DNA of 64,000 nt from Paramoeba atlantica. Taxonomy: Eukaryota > Protista > Discosea. Of this stretch, positions 54,440 to 64,000 are shown in pieces. Below the pieces are notes generated by a model. That model did no database searches. It saw only the letters and a program-made list of their open reading frames with translations, and was not told the origin of the DNA. A program made the translations under genes and the position numbers. Location of the stretch: contig CDRNVI010000039.1 in the NCBI GenBank assembly GCA_977017575.1, positions 186,001 through 250,000 of the forward strand. Reading direction: 5' to 3'. Positions within the stretch are counted from its first letter, which is position 1; the number at the start of each line of letters is the position of its first letter.

Positions 54440-55246
54440 TCAGTGTTTACTTTTTGTATCCGAGTTTTCGTCATTCGATTTCGAAGTGTCAGGTATGCCA
54501 CAGCAGCTAGAAATATTTGTAAACTCTTTTTTAAACGTCGGAGTTCCAGAATTGTTGGGAGCAGAAAATTCCGAAATTATATCATGAAAATGTGAGGAAG
54601 AATCGTTTACTTCTTCGAACCATCTATCCAGTAATGTTTCTCGCGATATTGCTGTCACAGTTTCTTGATCTGTTTTACGATCTGAATGCAAGTCCCCATG
54701 GCCCAGTTTGCTCACATGTGACGAACTAGCAGCCATCAGGGGACACCATTTTAGTAATTCCTCGATTGGAGACGATACTTGAGTGAGACTAGATATTTTC
54801 TTTTTCGAATGACTCTCTGAAACATTCGCTCGTTCCGAGGTGTTGCCATACTGGGTATCGCTGGTCGACTCTTTATCATCTTGACCTTTACAATCTTCAG
54901 AAAGGGAGGAGTGTATAGTTCGGAGTTCGAGTGGCACTCCCAGTGCCTCGTACGACGCTTGCAGGTCTGAGGTGCATAGCGTGTCATGTCCCGCAACTTT
55001 AGTGGAAGGAAATGATTGAACAGAACGAGTTTCAGAGATACCTAAAATATTGTCAATTTTTTTCCTATAGCCCAATTTGAGCTGTTCAATTTGATTAAGA
55101 AGGTACGCTTCACGCTTAAGGTGAGCACTACGTGTTTTTTCAATTTCGTCGTTCAAATTATCCAGTTTTCGTGAGTAGGAAGTACATAAAAGACGCATCT
55201 GCTCTCGTTCGTGAGTTGCGCGCGCCGAAGAAGTATGCTGTTTCAT
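54440..55246 (-). CDS. Coiled-coil hypothetical protein, paralogue 1
   Basis: YSRKLDNLNDEIEKTRSAHLKRE...QIEQLKLGYRKKI aligns with the 57229 ORF. Confidence 0.7.
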   Translation of the reverse strand: MKQHTSSARATHEREQMRLLCTSYSRKLDNLNDEIEKTRSAHLKREAYLLNQIEQLKLGYRKKIDNILGISETRSVQSFPSTKVAGHDTLCTSDLQASYEALGVPLELRTIHSSLSEDCKGQDDKESTSDTQYGNTSERANVSESHSKKKISSLTQVSSPIEELLKWCPLMAASSSHVSKLGHGDLHSDRKTDQETVTAISRETLLDRWFEEVNDSSSHFHDIISEFSAPNNSGTPTFKKEFTNISSCCGIPDTSKSNDENSDTKSKH

Positions 55247-55441
55247 ATGCCGGGACTAATACTTACTTTTCTGTAAGTCATAGTTTCCATAATCGCATGC
55301 TGTTGAATAGGAAAAAAGATTCACATATCGAGAAACATACATGTACATGTACCGGCGAAACGGTTATTAAGGATAAAAGTAATTACACTGCCGACTAATA
55401 TTATTGAGTTTTTAATTATTGGCGAAACTATGCAACTTTTA

Positions 55442-55789
55442 CAGTGCGGGGCTTTATTACGGGACGGGTTAATTAAGGGACACCCCCCATCAAGGCCAAA
55501 GTGTCCCGTAATTAACCGTCCCTTAATTCTCTTTTTTTTTTCAAGGCTCAACTATACCTTTTTCTTTCCATTATCTTCCTTTACTTGTCTCCTTTTTCGT
55601 TCCCTTATCTTACCAAAACATTTTTATGTGTGCCTGATAACTTGCGCGCTCTGTGATTTGGGCGCTACACTTGTAGTTCTTTTGTCCCATTCCAAATATA
55701 TGACCCCACCCCCATATTGTCCCGCAAATACCCGTCCCGTAATTAAACCGTCCCGTAATTAACCCGTCCCGTAAGAACACCACGCACTG
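55442..55789. mobile_element. MITE family A, TA TSD, opposite orientation to the 27725 copy
   Basis: TA|cagtgcggggctttattacgggacggg ... cccgtcccgtaagaacaccacgcactg|TA. Confidence 0.9.
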
Positions 55790-56151
55790 TAATTAAAAAA
55801 ACAATAATTTTTGTGCCAATAATTTTTATGCATTTAAAAAATGCGTACATATCGACAAAGAGAAGTTCTTAGTAGAAGGGCGGAAAAACCCCAAAACTTA
55901 AGACTTTTTCTCCCAAAAAGATTCAAGATTTTTTACGGGGAAGAAAGTAGCTTTTCACCAATGGGTGTGATCTCGCGTAATCTCGCATGATCTCACGACC
56001 GGGTGTTGAAAAAAAATCCACTCTCGCTCCCGCTCCGTCGAATCCTTTGATGAAATTCGAGGTGTTGTGCGAAATCTATGGCACTCTTCTCTAAAAGGTG
56101 GTTGCCAACACCAGACCCCATGAGAAATTCAAAAATTGACAAATTATCATA

Positions 56152-57087
56152 AACCACTCCGCACCAATAAGGCACCCACCCTTAACTTTTCAGCCAAGTG
56201 TCCGTTTGGGCTGTTTTTTGTTGCATTTTTCAGATCTCAACACAAAGACTTTGCGCGTGAAGAAATGAGACAAAAAGAAACGAATACGTATATTTTAGAG
56301 AGAGATTACCATTTTGTCACCTTTTCTCCGCTACTCGCCACACAAGCTTTGAGGCGAGTATCGAAGCTCAAAACCGAATCATCAATATAATCTTGAGACA
56401 ATTTACGCCATGCTTTACGTATACTTTTTATGGGATCTTCTTTCTTTGCAGGATTGTATTCATCTACAAGATTTTGTACCATGCTTCACACGCTTTCTAT
56501 TGGTGAGAGATCGGGGGAGTTAGGCGCCCAATTTTTCAATAATTTCATTTTGCAGTCCTCAAGGTACGCTTTTGTTTCCTTGGAAATGTGAGGTGTTGCC
56601 CCATCTTGCTGAAAAACACAGTTTGGGGGGATTTTTTAATGTTTTAATGTACGAAACACATGTAATTGAGTTGGATGGAATAACAAGGTGTCTTTTGATT
56701 CTTTTTTTTACTTCAGGGCCTTTTTTTTATACCTCAGAGTATGATATTTTCAGACGAATTGTTTTTCAAATATTTTCGAGTATGTTTCACATTAACATTG
56801 AACTCGCGGGCTAGTTGCCTTATCGCAACCCCTTGATCAAGCCTCATGCGCACTAAAAATTTTCCACTTTCTTTAACACCACCCCTGGGGAGTCGCTACG
56901 TATTTCTTGGCATGAAAAGTGAAAAGTTTTCAAAAATAATTTCAACGTTTTTTTATTTTTCGAAATGACCCAAAGTCAACGGGAACGTACAGATCTCAAA
57001 ATTTTGCACGATAAAGTGGTGAGATATCCCGCCTAACCCCCCTCGTGCGAAAAATAAGGGTGGGTGCCTTTTTGATGCGGAGGGGTT
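56152..57087 (-). mobile_element. Deleted Tc1/IS630-like transposon (family D), TA TSD
   Basis: TA|aaccactccgcaccaataaggcacccaccctta ... taagggtgggtgcctttttgatgcggaggggtt|TA. Confidence 0.88.
56306..56696 (-). pseudogene. Tc1-like transposase C-terminal relic (D35E spacing)
   Basis: Manual translation: CVFQQDGATPHISKETKAYLEDCKMKLLKNWAPNSPDLSPIESV*SMVQ...RLKACVASSGEKVTKW*; 35 residues between D and E; TGA at the conserved W. Confidence 0.88.
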
Positions 57088-57228
57088 TATGACACGTAAC
57101 TCTGCGAGAGCTCTCCAATGATGGCCAAGTCAAACGAATTTTGACCCCCCACATTTTCGTGCCCACCCCTGTATGTAGTTTTATCAAAGGGAAAGTGGAA
57201 ATAAAATTGTTGGCTAATGCATGGCTGG

Positions 57229-58014
57229 CTAATGCATGATTGTCGTAGAATTAGCATTTTCTTGAAGCACCTTCTGAAGATTCGAGTATCCAATATCGGT
57301 ATCAGTTGAGACCTTATCCAATGAGATCGTATGGTGGGGTGCAACGCTATTGTTTTTGCTTTGGACGGTTGTGCCAAGTAACCCATCGAGTCGAATTTTA
57401 TTATTCTTTTTTGTTTCTTGATGCACTCTCAGAGCACCATTTACCGGATTTACGTCACCAATGGGTCTATCAGGGTCCGTTGATGATAATGACATGTGCG
57501 GCAACCATTCGCTCATAGTATTTGAACACGCAATTTGCTCTAGTAGACGTTTCTTTACGTTTAACTGATCGTTATGAGCATTAAGAATTTCATTTTCCTT
57601 TAATTCCTGTTGTTCGAGACGGCGAAGCCGTTTTCTTACGCCTGACTGAGGATCGAATGCAGGTACCTCTATTTTTCTTGCCTCTTCCAATAATGAGTCG
57701 GGGAATGGATGCTCGGTGCCACTTAAACCAGAAGTAGTTCCTTCCGGGACCGGATAATTATGACATGCCAATACATTCCTTATTTTTTTAGTGTAGTTTT
57801 GTTTCACATTTTCGATTTGCGTTACGTAGTGGTGCTCCCTCGCTCTCTGCGCTTGCCTCGTTTTTTCGAGCTGTTCTTCCAAATTTTCAATCTTACGCAC
57901 ATAGCAACGGGCTAGTTGAAGTAGTTGTTTAACTTCAGTTGGGTGGTCGTCTATTTCTGGAAGTGTAGAAGTCGAATCGTACAATTTTTCATCCCCCATC
58001 ACTCTTCTATTCAT
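57229..58014 (-). CDS. Coiled-coil hypothetical protein, paralogue 2
   Basis: YVRKIENLEEQLEKTRQAQRARE...QIENVKQNYTKKI; likely ATG at 58014 because the upstream ORF part is a polypyrimidine tract. Confidence 0.7.
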   Translation of the reverse strand: MNRRVMGDEKLYDSTSTLPEIDDHPTEVKQLLQLARCYVRKIENLEEQLEKTRQAQRAREHHYVTQIENVKQNYTKKIRNVLACHNYPVPEGTTSGLSGTEHPFPDSLLEEARKIEVPAFDPQSGVRKRLRRLEQQELKENEILNAHNDQLNVKKRLLEQIACSNTMSEWLPHMSLSSTDPDRPIGDVNPVNGALRVHQETKKNNKIRLDGLLGTTVQSKNNSVAPHHTISLDKVSTDTDIGYSNLQKVLQENANSTTIMH

Positions 58015-58270
58015 TGCAAAAAGATAGATAGAAAATGCAAAATGTAAAAAATGTACATAGAAAAATAAATGTGAACTCATCAAATTACTGTAATTTACAA
58101 GTGCTAATAATAGTGCCCAATTTAGCATACTTTGGTATGATAATACTCGCAGATACGGAAGTGCTTAAAAAAACGGGTGTCCGGTTTAGCATACCCACGG
58201 CCTGGTACGAGTTCACGGATTGTCTTCGCTAAAATGTTAAAAATCACTGCTCAGCTATTCAATGTTAACG

Positions 58271-58392
58271 AATTTCCTTTTTAATAGCTTCGTTAAACGC
58301 GATGGTTGTTTTCAACGGAGAACATCCTGCTACGCACTTCGCGTTAAAAACTGCCTCCGCGTTTAACGAAGCGGCCAAAAAAAAGAAAAATT
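58271..58392. repeat. Solo diverged family B terminal palindrome
   Basis: gcttcgttaaacgcgatggttgttttcaac...gcgtttaacgaagc. Confidence 0.7.
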
Positions 58393-58535
58393 GGCGAGAA
58401 AAGTGAGAGGGTTGAAACCTATGAAAGGCAAAACCTGGCAAAACCCGCATATTCCTCATTGACGTGGCGAAGAAAAATACTTTGTAAAAAATAGTGAAGA
58501 CATAGCTACAATAATAATTTTTGTAATACTAATTA

Positions 58536-58714
58536 CTGCCCCCCCCCGTTTAAGCGCACCTCGTTTTCCGCGAAAAGTGCGCTTAAACGGGGGGGTCTGA
58601 ATCACTACATAAAAAAAAAATTGGCGCCGCTTCGCGGCGCCGGGCTCTTTCCTTCAACTCTATGTGCGCTTAAACGGGGGGGTCTGACCGGGTGCGCTTA
58701 AAGGGGGGGGACAG
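58536..58714. mobile_element. 179-bp MITE, TA TSD
   Basis: TA|ctgcccccccccgtttaagcgcacc ... ggtgcgcttaaaggggggggacag|TA. Confidence 0.85.
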
Positions 58715-58726
58715 TATTAATAATTA

Positions 58727-59632
58727 TTGCGGTGGTTGTAAAACTACCGCTCAACACTCGATTATTGAAAAAAAAGTGAACAAAAACAGTGAAAATATAA
58801 AGAGGAACACAGTAATATAATAGAAGAAAAAAATATAAAAGGGGGCTCCGGTGGTCCAAAACTGAAAAAAAAAATTGAAAAAAATGGGGGGTCCAGGGGG
58901 GGGGGTCATGGTCGAGCAAAATTTTTCGAAAAAATTAGTTTTCGAAAAAAAAACCGCAGAAAGGGTAGCCGGGGTCTTGGCGCGCATTTTCCACCCCCCT
59001 ACCCGGGGGTGACCCCCCCGCGTATCCGCAGGACGGGTCCGCCAAGTTCGGATTTTTTCGGAAAAACATTTTTGAAAAAAAATTCAACTTGGCGAAAAAA
59101 ATGACAAAAAAAATATTTTTCCAAAATGGTTTCCCCTATTGTATTTTGATAGTTTGGGACCTACACTAGCTTTCTACGCAGTTGTTTTCGCAAGGTATCA
59201 CTTCTTCGAACTGTGGTGCGCCCCCCAAAATGACCCATTTTTGACTAAAAAAGGTGAAAAAGTATTTTTCGGACCTAAAGGGGCATTTTTGTGTCGAAAG
59301 AATGGTATGGTTGGAGTCGCATTCTCTACCCAATACGTTCGGTAGGCTTCCATTCATGCCTACGAGTGATTTCCCACGCGTAAATGTCGGATTTAGTGCT
59401 CTGACAGCAAAAATACGCGAAAATCACCCCATTTTTACCGAAATTCGGCTATTTTTGGCCATAATCTTTCCGTTTTCCAGGCTGAATTTTCTTTTTTAGG
59501 CTCTTCGTTAAACGCATCGGTAGTTTTCAACGCGAAGAGTGCAGCATGAGTGACCTCTAAGTTGAAAACAACCACCGCGTTTAACGAAGAGCCTAAAAAA
59601 GAAAATTTAGCCCGGAAAACGGAAAGATTATA
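58727..59632. mobile_element. Family B full-length copy with the longest terminal palindrome
   Basis: Starts ttgcggtggttg; the outer arm extends to ...gaaaatttagcccggaaaacggaaagattata. Confidence 0.9.
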
Positions 59633-59699
59633 CCCCCTAGGTATAATAACCCGGACGGTGGTTTATATAGAGAGAAAAATAAGGAGCAGGTCCGAGTGG

Positions 59700-60850
59700 T
59701 AGTGTGCAGCTACAGTGCCCGTGAGAGAGTAAGTGTACTGCCACGTGAGGCAGTGGTTGCACAGTGATGTAGTGCAAGCACAGTGGCACGTGCGAGAGTA
59801 AGTACACTGCCACTGTAAGTACAGTGGTAAGTGAAAGAGTAAGTGCCACGTGCATACGTATACACGTGGCACTTACACTTTCGTGGCAGTGGTGTACTGC
59901 CACGTGAGGCAGTGAACGCAGTGTAGATGCAGTGGCGCGTGAGAGAGTAAGAGCACTGCCACGTGAGGCAGTGGTTGCACAGTGATGGAGTGCAGCTGCA
60001 GTGGAGCGTGCGAGAGTAAGTGCCCTGCCACGTGAGGCAGTGGCTGCAGTGATGCAGTGCAGCTGCATCACGTACGTGAAAGAGTAAGTCTACCGCCACG
60101 TGAGGCAGTGAACGCAGTGTAGATGCAGTGGCGCGTGAGAGAGTAAATGACTGCAGTGTAGCTGCAGCGGCACGTGCGAGAGTAAGTGCACTGCCACGTG
60201 ATGCAGTGACTGCAGTAATGTGTGGCAGTGACTGCAGTGGCGCGTGAGAGAGTAAGAGCACTGCCACGTGAGGAAGTGACTGCAGTGATGCAGTGCAGCT
60301 GGCTGACTGCAGTGGCACGTGAAAGAGTAAGTGCACTGCCACTGTAAGTACAGTGGTAAGTGACAGAGTACTGCCGCGTGATGCAGTGAACGCAGTGGCT
60401 CGTGAGAGAGTCAGTGACTGCAGTGTAGCTGCACTGACACGTGAGAGAGTAAGTGTACTTCCACGTGAGGCAGTGAACGCAGTGTAGATGCAGTGGCTCG
60501 TGAGAGAGTCAGTGACTGCAGTGTAGCTGCACTGACACGTGAGAGAGTAAGTGTACTTCCACGTGAGGCAGTGAACGCAGTGTAGATGCAGTGGCTCGTG
60601 AGAGAGTCAGTGACTGCAGTGTAGCTGCAGTGGCACGTGCGAGAGTAAGTGCACTGCCACGTGAGGAAGTGACTGCAGTGATGCAGTGCAGCTGCAGTGG
60701 CACGTGCAAGAGTAAGTGCACTACCACTGTAAGTACAGTGGTACGTGACAGAGTACTGCCACGTGAGGCAGTGAACGCAGTGTAGATGCAGTGGCTCGTG
60801 CGAGAATAAGTGTACTGCCACGTGAGGCAGTGACTATTGACGCAGTGTGT
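59700..60850. repeat. Modular CACGTG-rich minisatellite
   Basis: Recurrent blocks gcacgtgcgagagtaagtg, cactgccacgtgaggcagtg and gcagtg-based linkers; 98-bp repeat at 60398/60496/60594. Confidence 0.9.
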
Positions 60851-61021
60851 AGCTAGAGTGGAACGTGGGTGCAGGTGGACTGCACATGAAACACCCACAT
60901 GAGAGGCCATGCGCCACCAGTGGCTGCGCTGGTGTTCCATTTAGAGAGTGTTGTTACAGATCGCCATGTTGTGGAAGGGTGGCCAGCTGACCATGTTGTG
61001 GAAGGGTGGCCAGCTGGGAGA

Positions 61022-61229
61022 TAACCCAGATTGAAAGGGGCGAGGGAGATACGAAGCAACAGACGTGAAAGATTCCCACTGAAAAGAAATGGTATCTCCC
61101 TGCACGAGAAAAGCCTTTGCACTTGCTAGCTCGGAGACAAACTTCGTGCAGGGAGATACCATTTCTTTTCAGTGGGAATCTTTCACGTCTGTTGCTTCAA
61201 ATCTCCCTCAACCCTTTCAATCTGGGTTA
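61022..61229. repeat. 208-bp foldback hairpin (~85-bp arms, ~36-nt loop)
   Basis: taacccagattgaaag...gtatctccctgcacga pairs with tcgtgcagggagatac...ctttcaatctgggtta. Confidence 0.92.
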
Positions 61230-61230
61230 A

Positions 61231-61698
61231 TATGTTTCACATTAAACTCGCGTTGTTCGACACTAAACTCGCGGGCTAGTTGCCTTATTACAACCCCTTG
61301 GCCAAGCCTCAAGGGCAATTACACTTTTCCACTTTCTGTAAGACCACCCCTGGGAGTCGATACGTCTTTTTTGGCATGAGAAGTGAAAAAAAATTTAAAA
61401 CTAAATTCCGCTTTTTTTATTTTTCGAAATGACCTAAAGACAACGGGAACGTACAAAATTTTGCACGATAAAGTGGTTGGAGGGGGGAGGGGGTGTTTGG
61501 GCGGGCGGGGGTGGCTGGGCGGGGTGAGGGCGGTTGCGAGGGAGCGAATGGCGTGGTTGCGGGGTTGGATAGGCTGAAAATCAACGCACTCATGAACAAA
61601 AAAGGTCCTTTCTCACCCAAAAAGCATACCCCCCCCAGTAACAAGGATTTGCCCATTTTGACCCAAAATCGATTCTATTACTGGGGGGGGGTCTACGG
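61231..61698. mobile_element. Chimeric element: family D subterminal region fused to the right half of family E
   Basis: 61231-61478 resembles 56781-57020; 61479-61698 is nearly identical to 50145-50361 and ends gtctacgg|TA. Confidence 0.75.
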
Positions 61699-61828
61699 TA
61701 TCTTTTGATGATAAGAAGAGTTGTTCTCTTGCACTCGTGTTTTCTATGGTGCACGAATGGTGATCATTTGTTCTCTTTAATTTTTCAACAGAGTAGTGCA
61801 TTCGCATTGAGTAGACCGTCAAATTTGA

Positions 61829-63049
61829 TTAAACTTTAGAACCACCCGTACTATCTTCTCCTGAGCTTAGAGAAGGTATTGAAGGTTTGGTGGTGTACAC
61901 AGCCCATGAACCCCCTTCCAGAGCGTAGTGATCCATCGGATATGATGTTCCGGTATCTCCAACCCACAAGGCTTCCCCCAGCATTACTTCCGCCTCATAA
62001 GGGGTGAGAAGGGGAATTGGATATTGCGCACCCCAGTCGACGCTCAGTCGAGGACATGCAATTTGAATTGCAGCATCAAAAGATGGAACTAATGATGCAA
62101 CCTTCGCGGGGGAAAGCTCACACATAAGAATAACGGAAAACGAACGTTGATGTTTCTTCAGTAGATCCTGAAGTCGCTTCAAAATATACGGGCTTCCTTG
62201 TCTCCCTAATGTGCCTAAAATAATTGCAAAATGTTCCGCACCGCGTGCAGTATCAATGGACTGTTTTCGAAGAGCTTTCATGGCCCCATGGTCATAACTC
62301 TCTGTAGTAAGGAGTTTTGTATAAGGATTGTATTGGTAAAACTGACGAAGAACAGGAGTATGCGTCGCATTTCCCTCACCAGCATGTCGCGTGGGTGCTG
62401 TCTCATTAGCAATCATCATGCTTTCAAGATGAAACCTGCCATCCCCAAGAAATATCACGGTATGGATTTCAGGAGATAACCGAGGCGACGTACAACCAAG
62501 CACCTCTCCACAGGAAAGGGGCTTTACTTGAGGAACGAAAAGGTTGGTGTAACCTTTCAGTTTTAGTGACTTTGCGGCAGCTCGCAAAGACACCACAAAT
62601 TGTATTGTAGAAAAAAGAGCAATGCCCGTGCCAACCTCGGGAGGTACCAGCGACAAAATCGTTTCAACGAAATGAGTCACATCTATGCCGATGTCGACAA
62701 AAACGTACATCATGGTAGGTAAAACGCAATCCTTGATACTTATCAAGCAACTGTGACCATAATGAACAAGGAAATCGCATTCCATAGCTCGAGCGGTTAA
62801 ATCTTCAACGCAGCAGGCCCCGTAGGTAACATCACTAAGTATTGCAGTCTCACACCCTCCATAACGGGAGATGATGTCACTCAGGGGAATAGAATATGCA
62901 AGAAGACCCTCTGGAAACTGCAGAGCTATGCGCTTTGCGCCAACTTGTCGTATTCTGCGTACAGTTTTGGAAACTTCAAAATTGTAATTGAAGGGCAAAA
63001 CTTTACGTACGTCTTCGTTGAGACTATCAAAGAAATCGTTGTCAAACAT
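61829..63049 (-). CDS. DPH1: Diphthamide biosynthesis protein 1
   Basis: LPFNYNFEVSKT...IALQFPEGLL...DVTYGACCVED...VHYGHSCL; GDGRFHLES; ILGTLGRQG; ACPRLSVDWG. Confidence 0.96.
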   Translation of the reverse strand: MFDNDFFDSLNEDVRKVLPFNYNFEVSKTVRRIRQVGAKRIALQFPEGLLAYSIPLSDIISRYGGCETAILSDVTYGACCVEDLTARAMECDFLVHYGHSCLISIKDCVLPTMMYVFVDIGIDVTHFVETILSLVPPEVGTGIALFSTIQFVVSLRAAAKSLKLKGYTNLFVPQVKPLSCGEVLGCTSPRLSPEIHTVIFLGDGRFHLESMMIANETAPTRHAGEGNATHTPVLRQFYQYNPYTKLLTTESYDHGAMKALRKQSIDTARGAEHFAIILGTLGRQGSPYILKRLQDLLKKHQRSFSVILMCELSPAKVASLVPSFDAAIQIACPRLSVDWGAQYPIPLLTPYEAEVMLGEALWVGDTGTSYPMDHYALEGGSWAVYTTKPSIPSLSSGEDSTGGSKV

Positions 63050-63428
63050 GTAAGTATTGTCTTATATTCTCCTTATGAAATATACTTTAAAAGCATGAAG
63101 CAGTATGACGGGAAGAGAGAAGAAATATCTATTTCGTTGGCATGAACTGCCGAAACATGGACTGGAGGATTAGAAAAAAGAATCACGGATCAGAACTATG
63201 TGCCTTTAAGAACAATTTCATAAATCATTTAAATCCTTTTAGACCAACTTCAATATTTCAACAAATTAGTGATACTCATGCCAAATATTCATTTCTTATT
63301 CATCCACATAAGAATTTGACAGGTAAAGGTCTGAGAAAGGCGTATTAATTTTTCTACTACATTTTCGCAGAAGCACAAATCTGTATTTATTATCATAGCG
63401 ATATCACTGAGAATCAGAATCTATAATA

Positions 63429-64000
<572 letters not shown>

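Noticed and set aside
59637-60940. Long minus-strand ORFs (136-210 aa) in the modular repeat
   Set aside because: The stop-poor frames follow from repeat composition, overlap in several frames and have no credible start context

Overview
Eukaryotic nuclear DNA, most likely a kinetoplastid of the Perkinsela/Prokinetoplastina type. This is inferred from a trypanosomatid-like ATP synthase beta and Erv with C-terminal CxxxC, intronless genes all on one strand, and a Perkinsela-style LRR family. About 20 host genes lie on the minus strand as one polycistron-like cluster using the standard code: Crn/Clf1-like, Erv1, HARE-HTH-SET, PLRG1/Prp46, ERGIC/Erv46, RPB6, a sulfotransferase-fold protein, peptide deformylase, SNF1/AMPK-alpha, PWP2, TMEM170-like, HELLS/DDM1-like SNF2, Swc5/CFDP1-like, DPH1, ATP synthase beta, LRR and coiled-coil paralogues. 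Intergenic DNA is packed with class II elements: a ~0.9 kb Helitron2/Helentron-like family (one copy splits an LRR gene), a deleted pogo, a Tc1-like DD35E relic with a non-autonomous partner, a Harbinger-type MITE and several TA-TSD MITE families, often nested. There is also a 16-copy 170-bp satellite with a 3-unit higher-order pattern and a CACGTG-rich modular repeat. The most unusual signal is a set of GC-rich islands inside conserved genes where the + strand flips from C-rich to G-rich, visible even at synonymous codon positions. All counts and alignments were made by eye; no searches were run.
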